DNA of 32,000 nt from Wallemia ichthyophaga EXF-994 (lineage: Eukaryota; Fungi; Basidiomycota). The notes beneath the pieces were generated by a model. That model was not told the origin of the DNA. It did not search any database and saw nothing but the letters and a program-made list of their open reading frames with translations. The position numbers and the translations under genes are program-made. The DNA lies in assembly GCF_000400465.1 (NCBI RefSeq), contig NW_008806289.1, forward strand, positions 180,001 through 212,000, written 5' to 3'. Positions 21,532-32,000 of the stretch are shown one piece after another. Each line of letters starts with the position of its first letter. Position 1 is the first letter of the stretch.

Positions 21532-22761
21532 CACACTTCATCATCATTTTTGTACTAATAGATTGATACTATCCCTATATACTCTGCGTGGCATCCTCGC
21601 CAAGTCCTCCACCCGACGACAGAACAAAAGCTTTGAATGTCAAAGATTGATGTTTAGAGTTCAAAGTGTCTATCCTGACTGGCGTTGCGTAGCGCTCTGC
21701 AATTTTTAAACTAGTTTTGGTATGTTTCAGGGAGCGTGATTTGGAAAATAAACATAGACAATCCTACTATCTTGACTTCTGGGACTATAACGCATATTCA
21801 ATTATCATTCCAACCCGATTATTTAGATTTTCAAAATTTACTGGTCAGGAGCCAAATCTCAAATTGGGGGTTTAGGCTAACCCCCCTTTTTTCTATGCCG
21901 AGATTTCGTTTAGAAAGCATGAAGGGAGGTGGAATGGTGATAGTATCATCCTGGCGCCATTATCGAGTCTTGTGGAAGCCGCCAAGGCCGACATGTCTGA
22001 ATAGACAAAAAGCGTTCTGAAGGGTATATACTTGTGCTATTTGGGTGATTGCAGTCTCATTAAAATCTGGCAATATCACATTCTTACCAGCTATACCTAC
22101 CCATCAAGTCGTTTTCTTTGGAGATTATCAAAAGTCCTATATCATCATGTGAGATAAGATAGGTGGTCGAGAATAATTCCGAGTTGGTGGAAATTGAGCG
22201 GAGGGTTGAGCGAAAATATACTCAGATATATAAAAGTGGCATAAAAATGATGGTTTTGCTAAATCTTTCAATTGTCAGTATATGGTGTCCCTGCGTTCGT
22301 CTTCTCGCTCACTTGGTCATTTTTATGGTGCCTTGAGCATATTTGATTCAATAATATAATTCAAACTGCTGTTATTCAGTTTTTCAAATCGCCTTGTCTT
22401 GTACCAAACTCGTCCTGAAGTCATCTTGACTACGACCCTACCGTTTGCCTCTTGAGCCTTCTTTGTTAACATTCTACAAATGAGTCAAAAGGCTGTAGAT
22501 CAGCCTGCTATAAAGTCAGTGACTGGATGCTCATTTATTTCAAGAAAATCAAATCGAGTGAAACAATCACAGCGGAGATAGCTTTAGACATGCATAATTA
22601 ATCGCCAGGGTCCAGAAAGATGCGTTTCGCAATAACGAAAGCTCTTAGCAATCACCAGTAGCACTTTAGCACTCTGGAATGGGGAAAATCGTAGCAGAGC
22701 AGATCACAGGCCTTCACACCAATCAAACAAGTGTTAACGCTCTTTATGAGAAATTTATAGC

Positions 22762-24346
22762 TTAAAGCAAAAGATCATCGTTGTTTTGCGGTGTTTGATA
22801 TTGCTGCGATGGCTGCGATGGCTGAGGTTTTGAAGATGTAGGTGTGTTCCACAAAGAAGCTGATGATTTCTGCTGCGCCATTGATGCCATCGATGGTTTA
22901 GCTGTGTTTTCTGATTGTTTTGTTGACTTTGAAGACTTCCACAAATCGTCGAATCCACTAAATGGATCATTTGGTTTTGTCTGTTGGTTAGGTACATTGG
23001 CACGATTTGGCATCGTTGCTGGGTTGATAGCTGGCTGTGGCGCCATTGCAGGAGGTGTTGCTGCAGGTTGTTGGAGGCTTTGGAGTCCGCTCATTGGCAT
23101 CGTTGGAGGTATACTACTAAGGGCGTTGCTTTGGCTTCCCATTGGAGGCTGGATGTTTGGTATGGACTGCGTGCTTGCTGGAGCTTTTGGTTTTGAGACA
23201 GGTGCCGACTGAAAGTCGTCGAAATCGTCGAATTCTGAAATACCTGCTTGAGTTGTCTTAGGTGGAGCTTGGACAGGTGCCGCCGTAGGAGCAACAGGAG
23301 GAGCAGAAGCGGGTTCATCCCCAAAGTCAAACAAGTCAACCTCAGGTTCTTTCTGTTTTGTTTGCTGAGGTGGTTGGGAGGTAGAGCTAGCTGGGGTGTT
23401 CTCGTGATAATCCTCTGCACGATCATCATCATCGCCAGCATCGTAATCGTCATATCCCTGATTGTTTTCAGCAGCATCGCTGAATCCACCTCCACCACTG
23501 TACGAAGTGTTGGTGGTATTCAAGCTATCCGAACCGAATCCACCGTATCTGCTTCCGCCCATGTTGAAAGATACACCAGAAAGCTGCTCACTGCCAACAC
23601 CTACGTACTTGGAGCGGTTAGCTTTTGCCTTTCTGCGCTCTGCTCTGATCTTGTCGACATCCGATAACAGAGAAATGATTTCCATCGCTCTGTTGCGCAC
23701 GTTGATGCCTTGATCCTTAGACTTATCGTCGATGAAGTGGAAGTTCCTGAGCATCTTGATGGTTGAAAGGTGTGCGCGTGCATCATCAACCACGCGCTCA
23801 GAGCCGTGCTTTACAAGATATTCGAGTAATTGGAGAGCCTGTGAAAGTTGTAAGGGATAATTCACAGCGCAAACACACGTACTTTGTAGATTTGTCTCCA
23901 CTGGCGGGCTTCCATCTCCATAAATTTCCTGTAGATCGTTGGGAGTATCTCGTTGAATTCTTGGCTGTTATTGGACCGGTTAGAGTACTTTGAGATACGC
24001 AAGCCAGACAAACAAGTTGAATGTTCCTTGGGCTATTTGCTGCATTAGAGTTGAGCTAGCACCCCTTAGAGCTGGTCAGATGGACGTCAACACAGACGCG
24101 TTTAACAAACCAGGGATCGTCGTTGGTGGCTTCATTCACTTTCGCTTCCATCTCCGGCACGTTCATTGCAATATTCTTCGCCTGGTCCTTCCAGTCAGCA
24201 ACTGCTGCGTCAGTGCCTCAGGACCAACCTTCTCGATATACGACTTGACATCGTACGGCGTCAGATCTTGTACCTGATTCTTGTAAGCTGATGGCTCTGT
24301 GCGCTTGCCAACTTACTTGATTTGTTACTTTCTGAATCCAATCCAT
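22762..24346 (-). CDS. ENT3: ENTH-domain epsin-related protein (Ent3/EpsinR-like)
   Basis: MDWIQKVTNQ-VQDLTPYDVKSYIEK, ALQLLEYLVKHGSERVVDDAR, KDQGINVRNR, DLFDF / DDFDDF acidic-Phe motifs and terminal DDLLL. Confidence 0.9.
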
Positions 24347-24388
24347 CGGTGTTAGGGTGCGAGGAATATATTTATTACGACAAAATAT

Positions 24389-25567
24389 TTAATTCAACAA
24401 GCCAGGCTGTGTTTCTACAAGGTATTCATATTCTGGCTTGAAATTCTTTGTTTCCCGTGAGATACGCCTACTCATCGTCCGACACACTCACCAAATACGC
24501 GGCCTCCGGATGCGTCAATGTTGCAGCCGTGAATGCTGCATCCTCGTCGTCAATCGTGTTTCTGCCGATGTGTCAGAATATTCACTTGGCCGCAATCACT
24601 CTAAGTCTACTCACATCTTGTGGCCATTGGATGCAGCCGATTCACTCAATAGCTGCACATGGCACGCTCTTTCTAGTGCGTGAAATGCGTGTGCCATCTC
24701 GTCGACAGTCTCTCCTACCGTCAACAATCCGTGGTTCTGTCTTGTTTCAATTATGTCTTGGAGTACGCAACTTCACTCACCTGTAAAATACAGTTTTTTG
24801 ATGTTCCCAGAGACTTTGCTACATTCTCGCCCTCCTCGTGTGCCAAAACTATTCCACCAAAGTTCCTAATCGCGCTGATTAGCCGAGATAACAAATACTG
24901 GTGTGAGTAACGCACTTATAAACACCCTAGACGGTTGTGAGTGAGCAAAATGAACATTGCAATCAAGACCCACCAGGTTGTTGTAGAAAAGGCAGCTATC
25001 TTGGCTCAGCATGTCAATTGGCTTCCCGAACACGCTCCATGCTTTTCCATAAACAGTGTGAGTGTGTCCAGCAGCCTTGACATCCGGTCTAGCTTTGTGT
25101 ATAGCGCTGTGGATGTAGAATCCAGCTGTATTGCTGTAGTGCGCTATTTGAGATAAATATTAACATGCAGTCACCACCCACATCGGCAATTGTGCTCCTT
25201 CAGGGCGAATATAACCATCAGGACCGACGAGAACTAGCTTGGATTTTGTCATGATGCCAAAGTGCACACATATTGGATTCATCCAGTAGCAGGATGGTTC
25301 GACGGGGTCGACAACGGTTATGTGCCCCGCCAGTCCTTCACCATATCCCATTTTGCCCCAGAAACGGAATACTGCTGCCATGTGCTCCTTTATCCACTCG
25401 CGTTCTTCCATTTTATCTGTAAATACTGGAATGCCTTGGAGCTTTATCTTGCCGTCCCTGTCTGCACGCGAAACTCTCTCGATGAGCGACTTGGGCTGGT
25501 TAGCAATGCTCTGGTGATGCTTCGAAGCGTCTTCTGGTACTGTGGTTGTAGCACTCATTGCACTCAT
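24389..25567 (-). CDS. Class II aldolase/adducin family protein
   Basis: EGLAGHITVVDP...YWMNP, then after splicing PINTAGFYIHSAIH...AAGHTHTVYG and LQ-NHGLLTVG (three metal-binding His). Six short introns; stop TAA at 24391-24389. Confidence 0.9.
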
Positions 25568-25692
25568 TGCGTGTTGATGGTGACTTGACGATAGCAGTTT
25601 ATGGGTTTCCCGGTGGGTCACGAGCGAATCAAATGACAAATATTAAATCCAATTAAAGCACATGCATTAAATAAATAAGACAATCTATAAAT

Positions 25693-27946
25693 CTATCTTC
25701 TGAGCGCATTGTTTGAAGCCATCCTGAGATTGTTGCGGCGTCTTGATCTACCTTGCTCATCTGCACCCTGGTCTTGCTCAAGAGCGCCTTTCTCCAATCC
25801 ATGTCCAAATTGCTCTCTACCCTTAGCCTTCTTAGGTTGAGGCTTGTTGTCATCTGCTTCGGTCGTCTTAGGCGTGAACACCATCTCCATACCACCGCCA
25901 CCAGTCCTTCTGACTGATGAGCTATCTTTGGATTCCTTGGCTTGCTGCTTCTTCTCAGTACCCTTGATTCTATCGCCGAACGCATCTCCTGCACTGCCCG
26001 TCTGTTCCGTTGCTGTTCCTGCAACAAGCGTTGGCTTAGACTGCGGCTTAGGCTTTTGTACAGGAGCTGTTGGTTGACGAGGTGGTGGTGCACTGATAAT
26101 GTTATCTGAAAAGAGTTAGCCGTGCTATCTATCAGTGTTATAGCATACTCACCTTCACTCTCATCACCACTATCACCCTCTTCTTCACCTTCACTGCTAC
26201 TACCCTTAGACATATCTTCATCCATCGAGTCCTTGTCACTCTCCTCTTCCTCCTGCTCAACAGCAGTCTTACCCTTGTTGAAGCCAGATGGGTTGCGCAG
26301 CGCAAACTCTTTGCTGTCTTCGTCTATTTCAAATTCAGGGTTCTCAAACATATCCTTGAATCTATCATCACTAAGCAGCTTTCCATCATCCTTCTTGCTC
26401 TTCTTGCTAGACGACTTGGATAATTTATCAACCAAGCCCTTATTAATCTTAACGTTGGGCTTGACACTGTTACGTATTCTCGATTCAGCTTGCTTGTCGA
26501 GCTTAGCTTGGATCTCCTTTTCTCTGTGCTCAGCATAGGCGAATGGATTCGAAACCAGCTTGGCTGTGGAGTATAATTCGCCAGAGATGAAGAAACCGTG
26601 CATGTATGGCTTGAGAGCAGCTGTACCGATCAAATGATTCAACTGGAGGCTCTCAAGCTCAGACTTGTCGATAAACTTATAGTCTGACCATGCAGATGGA
26701 CCGACACCTCCACTCATGTCGCCCTCGAGTTCTTCTGTGATATTGTCCAAGAATCTGCACCATTTTGGTGCAGGTCCAAGTTGAGGAACGTAATAACTAG
26801 ACATCTCTGGTGCTTCATTCGCCAACATGATCAAACCTGTCTTCGGGACAATGTGCATATCATTGATGTCAGACTCAGGTGTGAGATTGACGTAGTTTTC
26901 GGTAGATTCCTTGTCCCATATCTTAATAACTTTGCTGTCTGCACTAGCGACCTTACCGTCAGCTTCATCGTATCTACCTGAGGCACTTTCGAGCCACTGG
27001 AGATTCTTAATCGGCAGACCATAACCTTGATCCTTGCTGGCAAAGGGCTTGCTTGCTCTGAGATCGTAAAGGAGAGTGTGACCGGTGGATGTACCGACTG
27101 CCATTGATAAACCATTGCTGTGTGAGGCTAAGGATGTGACACCCAAAGGACCTGAACCAAGATTTGCAATATTGTCTTCAACCAAGTATTCTGCTGGCAA
27201 GTCCAGGGAGCCAATCTCATTCCTAGAGCGTGGATCCCAGAATTTGACACCAGCGCCGCTACCTTCGACACCAAACGACCAAAGCTGATGAGCAGGGTTG
27301 ACGTCAACAGCATTAACACCTTGGACAGATGAGCTGTCCAAATCCAAGGGGTTAAGGAATCGACCTTGCTCCAAATTGAGCCTAAAAACCTGACTACCTG
27401 TACCACCAATCAAGGTATCACAAGAAGGGAAGTGATATGCGAGTGATCTACCAAACCTAGGTACTCTAAGGGAGTAGTGTAGTTGGGACTGCGAATGAAC
27501 AGACACCGTTCTATCATTCTGCAGGTGTACGCTCTTTGTCCAGTCGCTCGATAGAATCTGCGTGGATGTGAGAACAAGACCAAGGCGAGAGGACACGAAC
27601 AGACCTGGAAGTCAACGTTCTCTGATGAAGTGTGTCTCTCCCATTTCAGAGCCAATTCTCTCAAATCGTAGCATCGAACTTGCGGCTTGTAGGTGCCTGT
27701 CGCCAAAGCAAAATCACCGTCGGGCGAAGTTCTAACTTTCATTGAAGCTTCAGGGAACCCAAATTCTTGAATAAGCGTAAGCTGTGACTCTTCCAGGCCT
27801 CTCTCCTTGACTTTAGCTTTGGAGCGCTTTCTCGATTTGCCTCCAGTGCGCTCAGCAGCCAAACGACGCTTAGAGATCCATTGCGGTAGGCTGGATGCGC
27901 CGGAGCTGGGCTGTCCATTGACGCAATAAACTTTTGCAACGCTCAT
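25693..27946 (-). CDS. ENP2: Ribosome biogenesis WD40 protein Enp2/NOL10
   Basis: IQEFGFPEAS, ATGTYKPQVRCYDL, LGPAPKWCRFLDNITEELE, YMHGFF and NUC153-like DDRFKDMFENPEFEIDE motif. Introns include 26152-26106. Confidence 0.95.
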
Positions 27947-28003
27947 CCAAGTGATGGTTGTTGAAGAACAACGTCCATCACCGCAACAGCGCTAAAGCCA
28001 GAA

Positions 28004-28559
28004 ATGTTATTTAAATTATTCCCTAAAATGCAACCCGCGGTTGGCACACGCGCTGCGTCTACATTCGCCAGACTCACCCTCTGTGGGAATATCGCTGAGC
28101 CTGAATTCAAGGTCGCGAAGACGGGCAGCGAATACGCAAGACTCTCAGTGGCTACTACTGTCTCCTTGCCTCCAACCGAGGATGGTCGTGTGTGATCCTC
28201 TGCGTCTCCCAAGCTGTCACTCATATCCCCAACAGAGTCACAGGAAGAGACCAACTGGCACAACGTCTTTGTCTTTGGCGAGAAGGCCGAAGCCTTGCGC
28301 ACTGCCAGAAAGGGGTCAGTGTCTCCAGCCAATTCATAACCCTCTTAACAAAGCAAACAGCTCACTCGTACACATTGAGGCTGACTACTCTCTTCAAAAG
28401 GTTCAGCAGGACGAGAACTCCCCAATTTACAAGCTGCCAAATCTCAAAGCTCGTGAGTTGACAGGGCATAGCAAGGCGTCCACTAACCCCTTCTTATCAG
28501 GCCGTATCGATATTCTCAAGCGTCCTCAACCAAAGGAAACCATTGAATCCACTGATTAA
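28004..28559 (+). CDS. RIM1: Mitochondrial single-stranded DNA-binding protein (Rim1/SSB)
   Basis: Presequence-like N-terminus, FARLTLCGNIAEPE, YARLSVAT, ETNWHNVFVFG and SLVHIEADY after splicing short introns. Confidence 0.88.
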
Positions 28560-28681
28560 GTCTGACACGCCTCCTCACGCTCATTGATTGTCTTCTCGTT
28601 TGTTTATATCCACGCTCAACACTCGTCTTGTCACTTTAGTTATTCTCAATCTATGTGTTACATTCAAGTCTATCCACTTTC

Positions 28682-30098
<1,417 letters not shown>

Positions 30099-30150
30099 AT
30101 TCCTATATTAGTAGATCGTCGTCGATTGCAACCACCACGTTTTATTCTAA

Positions 30151-31451
30151 ATGGCCGACATCGAGAGACCAAGCAGGGATGGCTTGATAGACTTCATAGT
30201 TCCCGTACAGGTTGCTATCTACGTTATTTGCGTGCTGCTGCGATACGTCGGCTATTCGCCCACTGCACTCTTTGCTACCCTCGTTGCGACGGGTTTTGCT
30301 CTTTTCTATAGACAAGTCAAATCCGCGTATCTCAATAACAGCTTGAACTATATCATCGGCTCTCAGGGTACGTTGAATTGGGATGGCCAAGTTGTTTTCA
30401 TTACCGGCGGTAAGTTTTCCACGTAACTACATCTATTCGGGGGATAGTGAACATCTCCATAGGCTCCAACGGCTTAGGGAAGGCTCTCGTCAAGGATCTG
30501 CTTTTGATGCGCCCAAAGCGCATCATCAACGTTGATATTGCAGATAATGACATCACTCACGATAGTAAGTTGATTGGTCAGGTCAGGTTGTTTGGACTTA
30601 TTTTTTAAGCTCTTCAAACAATCAAGTGTGATATTACCAACAGTGAGCAGCTTCAACGTGTATGCGGCGAGGTCATCAAAGAGGTACGCCAGTCTTTGAC
30701 GTAGAGGAGGTCACTAACAGCACTTAAATTACAGCACGGTACACCTAATATTGTCGTACTTAATGCTGGTGCATTCGACGCAAAGTCCTTGACAGAAAGC
30801 ACAACGGCCGACTTCAGAAAGTGAGTTTGAACATGCCGCACGCAATCATTCTAAGACATCTTTAGCACACTCGATGTCAACTTTACAAGCCACTTGGAAA
30901 TCTTGAATGCTTTCTTACCTGGTTTCATAGAGCGTAACAGAGGTCACATTGTCAGTATTGGCTCGATTCTTGGTGAACTTCACGCAGCACACGCTGCAAC
31001 TTACTGTGCGACCAAAGCAGCTGTCATTTCATTATTCCAATGTCTTAGAGTTGACTTGAAGCATTTGCACAAGGCACCAGACGTTAAGACGACACTCGTA
31101 TTCCCAGGACTGATTGAAACGAGACTGTTCGGTAATGTCAAATACAGCCAGTCATCAAGATTACCTGCTTGGATTTCCGATGCGGTGATGCCCTCCGTCA
31201 ATCCGACCAACCTGGCTCAAAGAATTGTTGGCGATCTGAATATGAGACGCACAGGCGACATACGCTCACCTTACTTTGTTCACTTGGCTAGCTGGTACAA
31301 CCATCTGCCGCCGTTCGTGATGAATGCACTTGAATACGTGGGTATCTCTTTCATGTTGAACAATACAAAAGAAAGCTAACGAGTTGTGATTATGAAGGTT
31401 ATCGGCGTTCACAACTACATCGACCATGTTAAAGTTGCAAAAAAGCAGTGA
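30151..31451 (+). CDS. Short-chain dehydrogenase/reductase with N-terminal membrane segments
   Basis: VFITGGSNGLG (TGxxxGxG) across an intron, VVLNAG, GHIVSIGS and catalytic YCATK (YxxxK). Confidence 0.9.
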
Positions 31452-31460
31452 TGGCGATAT

Positions 31461-32000
31461 CTAGATAACGGCCGATTCACCGCGCGACGTATTACTTTGT
31501 GCTTGAGCTGGCGTAGCAGAAGCTTGTGGCTGTTGCTAGATACCTTGTATCAATATATGAATGAAAAAAAAAGTGATGCACTTACTGGTGTTTCGAGCAT
31601 ATCTGAAATGGTGTCAGGTGGATTGCTATCTGGATTCTGCAAATACGAAGGGGTCTCATCGATTTCATTGAGATCATCGCCCAAAGCATCCAATTCTGTT
31701 AAAAGTGTGCGTTAGAAGACCGAATGAGTTTGTGCAACGCTAAACACACCAGCCTCAAGGTCAGCTTCGTCAATCTCTTCAGGAACGCCGTACGATCTAC
31801 CCAGGGTCTCTTGAACCTCAGTAGCAGATTCGATGAGATCTTGCATATCATCTTGGATGGTGTCGATCTTATCGATGTCTATCTTGCCGTACTGCTTCTT
31901 CATCTGCTTATTGGCTGTCTGCATAGCGTCGACTGTGGCCATTGTATTAGAGAGATTCTCAGTAGTCATTTGAGCCTGCTCCATGTTGAATGTTTGTTGC
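31461..32000 (-). CDS. VPS60: ESCRT-III Snf7-family protein Vps60/CHMP5; 5' part lies beyond the window
   Basis: QQTFNMEQAQMTTENLSNTMATVDAM, IDIDKIDTIQDDMQDL, LGRSYGVPEEIDEADLEA-ELDAL, and last exon QQPQASATP...ESAVI*. Confidence 0.93.

Noticed and set aside
21715-21745. U3 snoRNA-like words (TTTCAGGGA and a GAGCGTGA box-B-like motif)
   Set aside because: The two words overlap rather than lying about 90 nt apart. Box A continuation (GATCATTTCTATAG), box C and box D are missing.
21404-22020. ORFs 21404-21709 and 21736-22020 on the plus strand
   Set aside because: They start at non-ATG codons, have no recognisable domain or convincing splice structure, and the first overlaps MRPL51 out of frame.
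22240-22260. AAACCAT (snR30/U17 m2 motif) on the minus strand
   Set aside because: No upstream m1 motif (ATATTCCT) and no properly placed ACA box.
22600-22705. Resemblance to SRP helix 8 (CAGGGTCCAGAAAG) and RNase P CR-I (GGGGAAAATCG)
   Set aside because: The tetraloop-closing pairs do not form and no complementary P4 3' strand was found.
22755-23789. Multiple overlapping ORFs on both strands over ENT3
   Set aside because: They are off-frame or antisense shadows of the low-complexity P/Q/S/A-rich ENT3 tail.
8605-28559. Apparent clustering of ssDNA-binding genes (OB protein, RFA2, RIM1)
   Set aside because: They are spread over 20 kb among unrelated housekeeping genes, with no evidence of a functional cluster.

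Overview
Very gene-dense fungal (basidiomycete-type) nuclear DNA with short 43-53 nt GT-AG introns and intergenic spacers often under 70 nt. This architecture resembles Wallemia, which is an inference and not a database match. I can support 23 protein-coding genes. Most are housekeeping genes: TAF7 (5' partial), RPB2, GET1, two CorA-family transporters, an OB-fold protein, a presequence-bearing AAA ATPase, an AKR7-like reductase, SLT11/ECM2, RFA2, a GNL1-like GTPase, G-beta, SmE, mL43, an ENT3-like epsin, a class II aldolase, ENP2/NOL10, mitochondrial SSB, QPRTase, an SDR and VPS60 (5' partial). Two spliced microprotein genes are not called by the ORF track. The first is a stand-alone RNase H1 hybrid-binding-domain (HBD) protein with no catalytic domain and substituted hybrid-contact residues, divergently paired with RFA2. 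The second is a 52-aa PIGBOS1-like membrane microprotein head-to-head with GET1. Other notable points are an SLT11 lacking its CCCH finger, divergent start codons only 33-70 nt apart, and an unexplained 1.2 kb structured gap at 21532-22761. No tRNA, rRNA, CRISPR array or transposon was recognised. All exon structures were derived by hand and need RNA-seq confirmation.
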